From a virus (Duplodnaviria > Caudoviricetes): a stretch of DNA of 53,384 nt. Location: positions 1-53,384 of IMG/VR virus record IMGVR_UViG_3300036713_000342; one strand, 5' to 3'. The number at the start of each line of letters is the position of its first letter. The stretch's first letter is position 1. Both the position numbers and the translations under genes were made by a program. Shown here one piece after another: positions 1-9,151 of this stretch. A model generated the notes under the pieces. It did not search any database and was not told the DNA's origin. It saw only the letters and a program-made list of their open reading frames with translations.

Positions 1-467
1 TGAAACTCCTCATGGAAAGCTGGCGGAGGTATGTCGCTGAGTCTTCTAGCGTATATGATATAATTGATTCTGGTGTTTGTGGTGGTGAGGATGACGATCC
101 CGACTTTTATGATGAGTTGTTTTATCACGCTACGCCATCCAAGTTGGTTAGGCTTATATTGAAGCAGGGGTTGGTGGTAAATCGTAATCGAGAAGAGACA
201 TTCAACACACAAGGATGGTCAAAGGGAAAAATATTTCTTAGTTACGGATTTGAACAGGCCGTGAAGTGGCAAGTATACGTTGCCGAACAGTTACTCAAAG
301 ATGTTGCAATATTGGGGATTAGGTTGACCAAAGATCAAATAGAGAAACTAAAAATCGACACCGTTTCAGAAGAAGAGGGCGATCCATGTAGCTTTTTTGC
401 GGAATATAACATATCACCAAATCAGATTGAGGTTGTTGATTATGGGGAAGGCACGGGAGATTTTTGA
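1..467 (+). CDS. Leader-tagged protein with ADP-ribosyltransferase-like domain (5' truncated by about 1 nt)
   Basis: Window opens with tgaaactcctcatggaaagc = (M)KLLMESWRRYVAE, the same leader as 1410. Body has YHAT...ILKQGL...IFLS, typical of ART-fold (Tpt1/DUF952-like) proteins. Confidence 0.6.
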   Translation, partial: KLLMESWRRYVAESSSVYDIIDSGVCGGEDDDPDFYDELFYHATPSKLVRLILKQGLVVNRNREETFNTQGWSKGKIFLSYGFEQAVKWQVYVAEQLLKDVAILGIRLTKDQIEKLKIDTVSEEEGDPCSFFAEYNISPNQIEVVDYGEGTGDF

Positions 468-1408
468 TGAAACTTATCATGGAACAGTGGCGCGGGTACC
501 TGTCCGAGGACCAGCGCGGCAACATGAAAAAAATCCTGAACCTACCAGATATTCTGGTTCAGTGGTTTCATGATAAGTTTGGGGGAAAGAACGCTTTTCT
601 GGTTGCCAAGTGGTGGATACAAAATACATTCGTAGAGTTCAGAGAGAACTATAAGCCTCCAAGATACCCAGACAAGCGACCATATTCCGATAGGATATGG
701 CATGCGGTAATGGTTTCAGATTTGTTACCGAAGTTGGTACACGTTGGGGTCGATGACGTGCGCCGCTCCATGTACGCACAAAACCCAGAGTTTGAGCCTC
801 TTCGTGAGTATTATGGGGATAAATTAAGGAGGGTAATGGATAGTAGACCAGATTTGCAATATATTCTTGGAAAACAAAAATACATTCTTAGTACAAATTT
901 GGAATTCTTTGAAACCTACGACATCATTCGAGATATCCGAGACAACAAAGTAAAAAATGTCGCAGCATTCAAGAATTTGAATTTCCACGATGCTACACAA
1001 AAATATGCTGACGCTGGCATACAAGAACTCAAGACCGTGAAAACTTATGAAGACGGTTTCAGGTGGATTGACACACAAGCTAGACGTTGTCAAATCGTGA
1101 AGACAAAAATGAAAAATTGTGGATCAACAGGCTTTCACTCTCCAGATCCAAACGCGACTATGCTTTTGTTGGTCGATGAAAATGATATTCCACATGTAGT
1201 GGTTACTTGGGAACCAAAATACAAGAAGCTATCATACCCAGAGGGTCAAGCTGGAAGCCTACCAAAACAGAAGTATTGGTCGAAAATCAAGGATCTTATC
1301 GGACTGTATGGAGCCAAGAGTGTAACTCATACCAACATATGGGTATATGGCAAAGAAGAAGAACAAGAAAAATTTAGAAAATACGTTTCTGTAGGCGGAG
1401 AACAATAA
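467..1408 (+). CDS. Leader-tagged hypothetical protein, C-terminal PcfJ-like region
   Basis: Starts MKLIMEQWRGYLSE (ATG 467 overlaps upstream stop). C-terminal GFRWID...MKNCG...LLLVD..DIPHVVVT resembles PcfJ-like domains; the domain call is weak. Confidence 0.5.
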   Translation: MKLIMEQWRGYLSEDQRGNMKKILNLPDILVQWFHDKFGGKNAFLVAKWWIQNTFVEFRENYKPPRYPDKRPYSDRIWHAVMVSDLLPKLVHVGVDDVRRSMYAQNPEFEPLREYYGDKLRRVMDSRPDLQYILGKQKYILSTNLEFFETYDIIRDIRDNKVKNVAAFKNLNFHDATQKYADAGIQELKTVKTYEDGFRWIDTQARRCQIVKTKMKNCGSTGFHSPDPNATMLLLVDENDIPHVVVTWEPKYKKLSYPEGQAGSLPKQKYWSKIKDLIGLYGAKSVTHTNIWVYGKEEEQEKFRKYVSVGGEQ

Positions 1409-1409
1409 A

Positions 1410-2168
1410 ATGAAACTCCTAATGGAAAGCTGGCGGAGGTACGTTGCCGAGATAAGCGACGACGAACACGCGTCGAAAGAGAAATATTTCGGGCCAGACC
1501 CAGAAGAGCTTAGGTGCATTAAGTCCTACCGACACGGGGCTATCAACGGTTCGATGTTTGAAAGTTGTATGAACGACAACGGATTTAGATTTATCAAAGC
1601 AGGATCGTATAGGATGGTTTGGTCTATCCCTGGGATTGATGAGATGGTGTTGAAAATTGCCTTCGGCGGTCATCGAGCATACGCCCAGAATAAGATGGAG
1701 GCAGATGCGGCTGCTGGTACCAAATACAACTACGTTATGCCAAAGGTGTATGACGCTGCCGATGATTATCTATGGATCAAACAGCAGTTCGTTCATGTTG
1801 ATGATGTTTCTCGTAAATATAAGGAAATGTTTCCGACGCTTGATCTTCATACTGGTTATGGTTTTGCTGGTTATCTGTCTAAGATGATGAGATATATTGA
1901 ATTTGGCGGAAATGATGCCGCGATTGACGCCTACAATGACAGCTTGAATAGTTGGGACAAAAAATACCACATGATCACAAAAGCAGAAATTGACAATATG
2001 TTGAAGAACAAGTCTCTGGTTGTCGCAGCGAACCTATATTCAGAGTTCGGCCTGTCAACAGGAGATGTCCGAGAAGGAAACTTCGGATATGTCATAGATC
2101 CAGGCGGAAAAGCAAGGTTTGTGATACATGATCTAGATGTTTTCGGTGGCAAACAGGCAAGGTCGTAA
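1410..2168 (+). CDS. Leader-tagged protein kinase-like protein
   Basis: Leader MKLLMESWRRYVAE; Gly-loop AGSYRMVW, VLKIA lysine, NKME glutamate, catalytic loop GDVREGNFG, metal-binding IHDLD. Confidence 0.65.
   Translation: MKLLMESWRRYVAEISDDEHASKEKYFGPDPEELRCIKSYRHGAINGSMFESCMNDNGFRFIKAGSYRMVWSIPGIDEMVLKIAFGGHRAYAQNKMEADAAAGTKYNYVMPKVYDAADDYLWIKQQFVHVDDVSRKYKEMFPTLDLHTGYGFAGYLSKMMRYIEFGGNDAAIDAYNDSLNSWDKKYHMITKAEIDNMLKNKSLVVAANLYSEFGLSTGDVREGNFGYVIDPGGKARFVIHDLDVFGGKQARS
1411..1451 (+). repeat. Dispersed 41-nt repeat of positions 1-41 (leader-coding block)
   Basis: 37/41 identical to 1-41; the four differences are all synonymous (CTC/CTA, TAT/TAC, GTC/GTT, GCT/GCC). Confidence 0.9.
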
Positions 2169-2210
2169 AACAAAAATCGCTATATAACTAGTACCTTCAC
2201 AAATTCCAAC

Positions 2211-2219
2211 ACTATTTAG
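2211..2219 (+). promoter_or_regulatory. Putative late promoter motif ACTATTTAG upstream of the sheath gene
   Basis: CTA(T/A)TTA recurs shortly upstream of structural genes (6083, 9727, 10615, 38969, 42737, 45919, 45933). Confidence 0.55.
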
Positions 2220-2254
2220 TAACAGAAGAGGTTTGGAACCTATAGGAGAATAGT

Positions 2255-5242
2255 ATGGCAATCCCAGAAGGCGTGAAGAAGTATAAATTCCTGAGCCCAA
2301 CGATCCAGATCATGGAAGTGGACCAGAGTCAGATCCCAAAGGACCCAGAGGTTCTAGGTCCAGTTTTCATCGGACGATCGGAGCGTGGCCCAGGAATGCG
2401 GCCCGTGAAGGTCGGTTCGTTCTCCGAATTTGTTGAGATTTTCGGGAACCCGATCGGCGGCGGCGCAGGACATGACGTTTGGCGCGATGGCAACTATCTT
2501 GCCCCGACATACGCCGCTTATGCGGCCCAGGCATGGCTGAAGAACGCCAGCCCAGCGACGTTCGTTCGTCTGTTGGGCGTGAGCCACCCTGACGTGGTCT
2601 CAGGCGCTGTTAACGCTGGTTGGTATACCCCAGAGCCAGATACGGCCCAGGCGTCCACTGGTGGGGCGTACGGGCTCTTCATCGGTGATCTCTCTGCTCC
2701 AGCTGGTGGTGACCAGGGCGATGCTGCACTCGCGGCCATTTTCTACGTGACTGAAGGCGGAGTGCTCCTGGCTGGTAACTCCATTGGCGGCAACTTCAAC
2801 GATGCTGGTAACGGTGTGTGGAAGCTCAGCACTGGCGACGACTACGAGTTCCGTATTGAGGTTCATTCTGCGGACAATACCGACGGTCCTGCGGGCGACG
2901 GTCTCCTAGAGACTATCATCTTCAACCTGGACCCGAACAGCAAACTGTATATTCGGAACGTGTTCAACACCAACCCGACCCTGACCAACTCCGCGATCAC
3001 TGCCACATCGAACGCCAAGGGTTATTGGCTTGGTGAGACTTATGAGCGTTTCGTGAAGGATACTCTGACCGAGACCACTGGTCAGGGAAGCCAGATTGCC
3101 TGTATCGTCGCTCTCGGCAGTGACTTTGGTTACGACGGCGGTTACTACGAGATGGACGCACAGCCTCCACAGACGCCGTGGGTCTTCTCACAGCATCTCG
3201 GTCTCAATACCGAATTCGCTATTGATTCGACCACCCTGGAATATCCGAACACCAGCAAGCTGTTCAAATTCCACGGTCTGTATAGTGGACAGTGGGATCA
3301 GGGCAACATGAAGATTTCCTTCGAGGACATCAAGGCTTCTTCCAGTCCTCATGACCCCTACGGTTCATTCAGTGTTGTGATTCGGAAGTCCAGCGACACC
3401 GACAAGGCGCCAGTAGTTATTGAGCGGTTCTCGTCTGTGAACCTGAACCCCAACTCCGAGGACTACATTGCTCGTCGGATCGGCGACATGTACACCGTTT
3501 GGGACGAGAACGAAACCGCGTACACAGAGTACGGAGATTACACCAACAACAGCAAATTCCTGCGAGTGGAAGTCAATGCTGACCTGGCAGCTGGTGCCCT
3601 AGATCCAGTCCTGCTACCTTTCGGATTCTACGGTCCACTGCGGCACGCTGCCGTGAAGTGTGAGCGTGGTGAAGCCCTATACCTAACTGGCCAGAATGGT
3701 GATGCCGCCGACACGGATCACGAGAATTGGGCCTGGGGCATGGGCAACGACGCCGCCCTGGCTGCTGGCAACAGCGTTTGGGGCATGGTCGGTTGGGGCG
3801 CTGGCGCCGATGCGAACAGCGAGATTGTCTGTGATCTGGCCAACTTCGAGATCACGATGAACTTCCCCGTGATCCCGCTGCGGAGTGATACACGAGGCGA
3901 CAACCTCTCAGATCCGACTGATGCCTATTGGGGCATTGAGACGACCATGTATGAGAACAGCAATCGCTTCGATCCTGGCTATAAGGATCTGGTACGCCCG
4001 ATCCCAGCCGAGTTCAGCACGTTTAGTCTGACCGCGGTTGACGCCAGCGGTGAAGGAGACGATTTCTTCGCTACCGAGTACATGGCAGCGTTCACCCTGG
4101 ACGATGTTCGTTATATTTCTGGTTCAACAGTTCACGCTCAGTACGTGCCTGGTACTCGACTTGCTGGGAATAGTCTTACCGTTGATCTGACCGATGGTTA
4201 CTCTGCGGTTCTAGAGGCTGGTTTCGATCGATTCACCATGCCACTATTCGGCGGGTTTGAGGGTCTGGATATCACCGAAAAAGAGCCATTCCGCAACACC
4301 GTGTTGGCTGATGAGTCTCCGACTACTCACTATGCCTTCAACAGCGTAAAACGCGCAATTGACGCCGTTTCTGACGCTGAGGTTGTTGAGTGTAACATGA
4401 TGGCTATTCCTGGTATCACCGACGAAGACCTGACCAGCCATCTGCTGGACGTTTGTGAGCGACGCAGCGATGCCCTAGCGGTGATCGACCTCGACGGCGA
4501 CTACGTGCCAAGCACCGAGTCAACCTCATCCGAGGCAAACCGTATGCCAGATGTTGATACAACCATCGCAAACCTGCGAGACAGAGGAATTAATAACAGC
4601 TACGGTTGTGCTTACTTCCCGTGGGTGCAGATCCGCGATACCATCGATAGCTCGATTCTGTGGGCACCACCCTCCATCGTGGGCGTGGGCACCATGGCAT
4701 ACAGCCAACGTCAGACCGAACTATGGTTCGCCCCAGCTGGTTTCAACCGAGGCGGACTGTCCGAGGGTAACGCAGGGATTCCAGTCCTGAACGTGCGTAA
4801 GCGGCTGAAGACCAAGGATCGGGATAAGCTGTATGAGGCGAACATTAACCCGATCGCCAAGTTCCCACAGGAAGGTCTGGTTGTGTACGGTCAGAAGACC
4901 CTACAGGTGACCAGGTCGGCTCTGGATCGTATCAATGTGCGGCGACTCCTGCTTTATATCAAGTGGGAAATTGCGCGGGCTGCGAAGTCGATTCTGTTCG
5001 ACCCGAACCTGGAAGTGACCTGGAACCGCTTCATCTCCAAGATCAATCCGATCCTGTTGGGCGTGAAGTCTCGGTTCGGACTGGAAGAGTTCAGGGTGAT
5101 CCTGGATGAGACGACCACTACGCCAGAGTTGCAAGATCGGAATTTGGTTTATGGCAAGGTGTACTTGAAACCAGCGAAGGCTATCGAGGGCATCTTTATT
5201 GACGCAATTTTGACAAATTCAGGCGCTGGATTTGACGACTGA
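2255..5242 (+). CDS. Contractile tail sheath protein
   Basis: N-terminal FLSPTIQIMEVDQS...GPVFIGRSERGP..PVKV.SFSEFVEIFG; C-terminal YFPWV, WFAPAGFNRG, LYEANINPI, GQKTLQ..SALDRINVRRLL. SD aggag. Confidence 0.95.
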   Translation: MAIPEGVKKYKFLSPTIQIMEVDQSQIPKDPEVLGPVFIGRSERGPGMRPVKVGSFSEFVEIFGNPIGGGAGHDVWRDGNYLAPTYAAYAAQAWLKNASPATFVRLLGVSHPDVVSGAVNAGWYTPEPDTAQASTGGAYGLFIGDLSAPAGGDQGDAALAAIFYVTEGGVLLAGNSIGGNFNDAGNGVWKLSTGDDYEFRIEVHSADNTDGPAGDGLLETIIFNLDPNSKLYIRNVFNTNPTLTNSAITATSNAKGYWLGETYERFVKDTLTETTGQGSQIACIVALGSDFGYDGGYYEMDAQPPQTPWVFSQHLGLNTEFAIDSTTLEYPNTSKLFKFHGLYSGQWDQGNMKISFEDIKASSSPHDPYGSFSVVIRKSSDTDKAPVVIERFSSVNLNPNSEDYIARRIGDMYTVWDENETAYTEYGDYTNNSKFLRVEVNADLAAGALDPVLLPFGFYGPLRHAAVKCERGEALYLTGQNGDAADTDHENWAWGMGNDAALAAGNSVWGMVGWGAGADANSEIVCDLANFEITMNFPVIPLRSDTRGDNLSDPTDAYWGIETTMYENSNRFDPGYKDLVRPIPAEFSTFSLTAVDASGEGDDFFATEYMAAFTLDDVRYISGSTVHAQYVPGTRLAGNSLTVDLTDGYSAVLEAGFDRFTMPLFGGFEGLDITEKEPFRNTVLADESPTTHYAFNSVKRAIDAVSDAEVVECNMMAIPGITDEDLTSHLLDVCERRSDALAVIDLDGDYVPSTESTSSEANRMPDVDTTIANLRDRGINNSYGCAYFPWVQIRDTIDSSILWAPPSIVGVGTMAYSQRQTELWFAPAGFNRGGLSEGNAGIPVLNVRKRLKTKDRDKLYEANINPIAKFPQEGLVVYGQKTLQVTRSALDRINVRRLLLYIKWEIARAAKSILFDPNLEVTWNRFISKINPILLGVKSRFGLEEFRVILDETTTTPELQDRNLVYGKVYLKPAKAIEGIFIDAILTNSGAGFDD

Positions 5243-5250
5243 GGAATGAC

Positions 5251-5267
5251 GGGGGCTTAACGCCCCC
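5251..5267 (+). terminator. GC-rich hairpin after the sheath gene
   Basis: gggggc-ttaac-gccccc; weak U-tract, so it may instead be a processing or stabilising hairpin. Confidence 0.45.
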
Positions 5268-5290
5268 ACTATTCACTGGTATGATAAGGT

Positions 5291-6112
5291 ATGATCAAAA
5301 AGCCAGGAATTTATGTAATCACCAATCTTGTGAGCGGGAAGCGTTACATTGGGCAGACAGTTAATCTATCGAAGCGTTTGCGAACACATCGTTCTAAGCT
5401 GAATCGTGGATATCACGCGAATCCTCATTTGCAGAATTCGTGGGACAAATATGGGGAAGATAGTTTTTCATTTGGTGTAATTGAATTGTGCGAGGGAATG
5501 AGCAAAGAAGAAGTTACCGAACGAGAACAATATTGGACAGATTATTATAAGGCCAACCGCCAAAGACGCGGATATAATATCAGGAAAATTGTCGACAGCA
5601 ATTGTGGAATCAAAAACGGCCCAAAAACTCAAGAGACAAAAGAAAAAATTAGGAAGGCCAATGAAGGGGAAAAATCTCACCTATCTAAATTAACCGAAGA
5701 AAAGGTAAAACAGATTTTTTCTTTGTATAGGAGCGGAAACACATCTTTAGTAGAACTGTCTGACAAATTTAATGTTTCTGTGTCAACAATACACCATATT
5801 ATGCAAGGAAGGACGTGGGCTCATTTAGATTTGAAAATACCAGAAGAAGAAAAAGAAGAAATAATAAAGAGTCGGCAGAAAAGAGGTGCTATTAAAATTT
5901 CTGGATTTCGTAATCATAATTCAAAATTATCGGAAGAAGAAATTGTTATGATTTTGAACGAGTATAAGCCAAGAATATGTACTGTTCTGGATCTAGCAGA
6001 AAAATATAGTGTTAGTAGAGGGACGATAGAAAATATTGTGTATGGTAAGCACTGGTATACTAGAAAAAACAAAATTTGTGATCTAATTAAAGAAGAAACA
6101 GGAGAACATTAA
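5291..6112 (+). CDS. Free-standing GIY-YIG homing endonuclease with NUMOD3-like and duplicated HTH DNA-binding regions
   Basis: GIYVITNLVSGKRYIGQT; TQETKEKIRKANEG; two SKL(T/S)EE..helix-turn-helix repeats; visibly AT-richer than the flanking tail genes. Confidence 0.9.
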   Translation: MIKKPGIYVITNLVSGKRYIGQTVNLSKRLRTHRSKLNRGYHANPHLQNSWDKYGEDSFSFGVIELCEGMSKEEVTEREQYWTDYYKANRQRRGYNIRKIVDSNCGIKNGPKTQETKEKIRKANEGEKSHLSKLTEEKVKQIFSLYRSGNTSLVELSDKFNVSVSTIHHIMQGRTWAHLDLKIPEEEKEEIIKSRQKRGAIKISGFRNHNSKLSEEEIVMILNEYKPRICTVLDLAEKYSVSRGTIENIVYGKHWYTRKNKICDLIKEETGEH

Positions 6113-6666
6113 TGCCAACTCAATCATTTTGGAGTGACGCGTCTCGTCGCGACCCTAAAAGGGCCTATAGATTTGTACTTGAATCGCAGAACGTCCCAGC
6201 TTTTACGCTAAAAAGTTGCCAAAAGCCGCGAATGTCACAGTCCGAGACTGAGAAGCGTTTCTTAAACCACACGTTCTACTACCCAGGTGCGGTTACCTGG
6301 GAGCCGATCGAACTGGTGCTCAACGACCCCGTCGACCCCGACATGTCTGCGATCCTGGTCCAGGCCATCCGAGCAGCTGGCTACACCCCGCCAACAGGCT
6401 CAGATCAGCACGGCACCTCGTCAAAGCGGCGAGCTACTGCGGCTGTCGGTGAGCTTAAAATCAAGCAGATCGATTCGGACGGAAATCCAGTAGAAATCTG
6501 GACCCTCCAGAATGCGTGGATTCGAGACGTGAACTTTGGCGACCTGGACTATACCTCAGACGACATGACTGACGTGACCGTTACGCTGCGTTTCGATTGG
6601 GCATGGCTCGAAACCAACAACAGTGAAGGTCGTAACCAGTATTGGCGCCCAGGATCAGCCAGCTAG
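6112..6666 (+). CDS. Tail tube protein (T4 gp19-like)
   Basis: DPKRAYRF, YYPGAVTWEPIEL, EIWTLQNAWIRDVNFGDLDY, VTLRFDWA; follows the sheath gene. Confidence 0.9.
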   Translation: MPTQSFWSDASRRDPKRAYRFVLESQNVPAFTLKSCQKPRMSQSETEKRFLNHTFYYPGAVTWEPIELVLNDPVDPDMSAILVQAIRAAGYTPPTGSDQHGTSSKRRATAAVGELKIKQIDSDGNPVEIWTLQNAWIRDVNFGDLDYTSDDMTDVTVTLRFDWAWLETNNSEGRNQYWRPGSAS

Positions 6667-6786
6667 AGTTTGTGCGACGAGGGGAATAATCCCCTCACCA
6701 CAAATAACTGCCGAGAGAATCAAGAAAAGAACTGTAAGAATAAAGAATCCCATTCCGTTCCTGTCAACAAATTCCCAAAAATTCAT
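6655..6786 (-). CDS. Small membrane protein, 43 aa (not in ORF track)
   Basis: MNFWEFVDRNGMGFFILTVLFLILSAVICGEGIIPLVAQTLAG; ATGA overlap with the upstream stop; SD aggagg. Confidence 0.6.
   Translation of the reverse strand: MNFWEFVDRNGMGFFILTVLFLILSAVICGEGIIPLVAQTLAG
6669..6704. terminator. Hairpin at the convergence of the tube gene and the minus-strand island
   Basis: gagggga-ataa-tcccctc flanked by tttgtg/cacaaa. Confidence 0.5.
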
Positions 6787-7037
6787 ACCTTAACCTCCTT
6801 TAGCAATATTGCGTAAGAGCAATATGCGTAATATCTTACTCTGTCTCCGAACAACACCGTAATGCGCCCCCGCTCGTCGTAGTTCTGTCCAGGCTCGATC
6901 TTGGTGACCATGCCGATCAATCCATGCGCGTTTTCCTGTACGAGCATACCGACTTCAACGAAATCATGCAGGTGCATGATGCTCCGCCACGCCTCGCCAT
7001 ACATGTTGTTCCAGGAGGAGTGATTGTCGGGCTGCAT
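6783..7037 (-). CDS. Small SH3/KOW-like hypothetical protein
   Basis: Likely start MQPDNH at 7037, just after the upstream stop; VEVGMLV...LIGMVTKI...ITVLF matches the family at 48200-53384. Confidence 0.6.
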   Translation of the reverse strand: MQPDNHSSWNNMYGEAWRSIMHLHDFVEVGMLVQENAHGLIGMVTKIEPGQNYDERGRITVLFGDRVRYYAYCSYAILLKEVKV

Positions 7038-7041
7038 TTGT

Positions 7042-7251
7042 TTATCCCTTCGGTACCATCGGCTGGTACAAGTCCCACAGGTCTTCCAACACCCGTTGTC
7101 GCTGCGTCGGCGTAAATCTCTGAAGCAGCGGGTGCTTCCAGAGTCGTTCAAGCCACCCAGCGAAAGTGTCGGGCTTCGGGTCGAGTTCGATGCGAGCGAT
7201 CAGCGCTCCACGCTCTTCAGGTGTCAGATTGTCGGGCATGTTATCCCTCAA
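7042..7251 (-). CDS. Hypothetical protein
   Basis: Tightly coupled to its neighbours in the minus-strand operon. Confidence 0.55.
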   Translation of the reverse strand: MRDNMPDNLTPEERGALIARIELDPKPDTFAGWLERLWKHPLLQRFTPTQRQRVLEDLWDLYQPMVPKG

Positions 7252-7547
7252 ACCTCAAACTTCTTGAGATAAACACGAATCTTAATACGAATTGGTCTCC
7301 ACCATGAGTCGTCCATGGCTTGCTGATCGACCAATCCGTCAATCACATCCCCTGCCTCGACCAGAAGATCATTCGCCTCAGTCAACTTCTTGCGAAGTTG
7401 CACAATTTCGTCGTGCTCAGCTTCTCTAAGGCTCTTGGAAATTTCGTATTCTTCACGGTAATAACGTGCGTAATCAGTCATGCGCCGAGCGGTCTCGCGC
7501 CACCAGTCATGCCGAGAATCCGAATTGTCCCATGCAGTTCGCATCAT
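7248..7547 (-). CDS. Hypothetical coiled-coil protein
   Basis: SD ggagg and a sigma70-like promoter directly upstream. Confidence 0.7.
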   Translation of the reverse strand: MMRTAWDNSDSRHDWWRETARRMTDYARYYREEYEISKSLREAEHDEIVQLRKKLTEANDLLVEAGDVIDGLVDQQAMDDSWWRPIRIKIRVYLKKFEV

Positions 7548-7571
7548 TTTTTAACCTCCCATGTTGTATCT

Positions 7572-7603
7572 ACCTTAACATGCCGACCGCCGAGAGTCAA
7601 GAA
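7572..7603 (-). promoter_or_regulatory. Sigma70-type promoter TTGACT-17-TAAGGT with extended -10 TG
   Basis: Shares a 21-nt block with 9442-9462 and a 15-nt block with 9700-9714. Confidence 0.8.
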
Positions 7604-7605
7604 AA

Positions 7606-7818
7606 TTATTCTACAAGCGTCAAAAATTGTTCATGGAAGTGCAATAATGGAGAATACTCATCAGGAAGATTTTTGACAGCATGAAATATGTTGTAAACCT
7701 TGTCGTTGCTGCTCGCATACGTTTCGTATGCATCTGTTTTATCTTCGATGACGATGCCATAGCCCGTCTTTCCACACCATTCTATGAGCACAACATCCCC
7801 AGGCTTAAAATTTGTCAT
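7606..7818 (-). CDS. Small SH3/KOW-like hypothetical protein
   Basis: FKPGDVV...GYGIVIED...LTLVE; has its own promoter. Confidence 0.7.
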   Translation of the reverse strand: MTNFKPGDVVLIEWCGKTGYGIVIEDKTDAYETYASSNDKVYNIFHAVKNLPDEYSPLLHFHEQFLTLVE

Positions 7819-7827
7819 ATTGTTTTC

Positions 7828-7856
7828 ACCTTAACATATGGTCGAAAGTGTGTCAA
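7828..7856 (-). promoter_or_regulatory. Sigma70-type promoter TTGACA-17-TAAGGT, near-leaderless
   Basis: Consensus -35 and TG-extended -10; ATG lies 9 nt after the -10 box. Confidence 0.75.
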
Positions 7857-7905
7857 GATGAAAATGTGCATGTAGAGATATTTACAGCACGAAAGAGGTG
7901 ATTCA

Positions 7906-8766
7906 ATGACTCGCAACAATTCAGACCGACTCCAGGCAGGTGCCAAAACCAAGGATACTGAGGCTCCGCCAGAGGCTCTATCCCCACTGGAGTTCGCCAT
8001 TCCAACCGAGTTCGTGGAACTCATGTCACACGGCAGGTTCTATCCAGAAGGCCATCCACTCCACGGCAAGCACGACGTTGAGATCAAGGAGATGACGGCA
8101 AAGGAAGAGGACATCTTGACCTCGCGCGCTCTGATTCAGAAGGGCATCGCCCTCGACAAGCTGATTGATAGCATCCTTATAGACAAGAGTATCACATCCG
8201 ACGACCTGTTGGTCTGCGACAAGATGGGGCTCTTGGTTGCTGCTCGCATGTCGGCATACGGAGAGGATTACGATGCTCAGGTGACATGTCGCTCGTGCGG
8301 GAACAAGGTGGACGTGAGTTTCGACCTGAACAAGTACCTTGAGCTTCAGTCCGAAGAGGAGTATGATGCTGCACTCGAAGAGTTGGGGGTCGAGATAACA
8401 GAAAAAAACACATTCTACATTGTGTTGCCCAAGACGCAGTGGAAGGTCGAACTCCAGCCGCTGTTTGGGTATCACGAAAAGAAGATGGTGGAATCTTCCG
8501 AGAAGCGGCGCAAGGCCAAGATGCCAGAGTCGATGATCGTTGAACAGTTCCGACATGCTATCGTATCGGTTTCGGGTCACGCCGAGATCAGGACGATCAT
8601 GCAGGCGATCGAGAACATGCCCGCATCGGATACACGGTATCTGCGTAAAATCTACTCTCAGGTGTTGCCGAATGTCAATATGAAGTATAATATGGAGTGC
8701 GATCGTTGTTTTGCCGAGAGCGAGGTAGATGTGCCGATTACGGCAGAGTTCTTTTGGCCTCGATAA
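7906..8766 (+). CDS. Tail/baseplate assembly chaperone (T4 gp26-like)
   Basis: PTEFVEL.S.GRFYPEGHPL, EIKEMTAKEEDILTS, two CxxC pairs, ends FFWP; lies between tube and tape measure. Confidence 0.75.
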   Translation: MTRNNSDRLQAGAKTKDTEAPPEALSPLEFAIPTEFVELMSHGRFYPEGHPLHGKHDVEIKEMTAKEEDILTSRALIQKGIALDKLIDSILIDKSITSDDLLVCDKMGLLVAARMSAYGEDYDAQVTCRSCGNKVDVSFDLNKYLELQSEEEYDAALEELGVEITEKNTFYIVLPKTQWKVELQPLFGYHEKKMVESSEKRRKAKMPESMIVEQFRHAIVSVSGHAEIRTIMQAIENMPASDTRYLRKIYSQVLPNVNMKYNMECDRCFAESEVDVPITAEFFWPR

Positions 8767-8947
8767 TAACTACCTAGAAAAAAGCGTCTATGAGGATCTG
8801 TTCGCGCTGAAGTATTTCGGCGGCTGGAGCTTCATAGAGGCTTATAATCTACCGATCGGTTTGCGCAAGTGGTTTGTGCAGCGACTGGCGAGACAGATAA
8901 AAGAAGAAAACGAAGCGGCTGGAGGGGGAGGGAAAAAGCCTACATGA
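8729..8947 (+). CDS. Second tail assembly chaperone ORF (gp51/GT-like), possibly expressed by frameshift
   Basis: LKYFGGWSFIEAYNLPIGLRKWF; in the +1 frame overlapping the upstream gene's end at TTC TTT TGG. Confidence 0.7.
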   Translation: MCRLRQSSFGLDNNYLEKSVYEDLFALKYFGGWSFIEAYNLPIGLRKWFVQRLARQIKEENEAAGGGGKKPT

Positions 8948-9151
8948 TCACTCCACGTCCACGTAATGCATGGCGGTCCTGATCGAGTGGTTGTAGTCGC
9001 CGCTGGTGGCCTCAGAGAAGAACTCATCGACCTCGTCCTTGGTCGCACCCGCCTTCTTCATCGCCTTGGATATAAGACCAAGGATCACGAACACGTTTCC
9101 GTTCTGACCCGTCAACCGAACCACTGGCTTTTCGTAGGTAAGTTCTGGCAT
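8948..9151 (-). CDS. Conserved small phage protein
   Basis: LTGQNGNVFVILG...EATSGDY, a pattern I recall from small phage/mobile-element proteins; SD ggag. Confidence 0.75.
   Translation of the reverse strand: MPELTYEKPVVRLTGQNGNVFVILGLISKAMKKAGATKDEVDEFFSEATSGDYNHSIRTAMHYVDVE

Noticed and set aside
5243-6112. Group I intron housing the GIY-YIG gene
   Set aside because: Sheath and tube genes both look complete, and only 48 nt of non-coding flank exist, too little for an intron core.
6710-6727. Fourth copy of the ttcttgactctcggc promoter block (gccgagagaatcaagaa)
   Set aside because: It differs by a 2-nt insertion plus a substitution, has no matching -10 box, and lies inside the small TM ORF; probably chance or a decayed copy.
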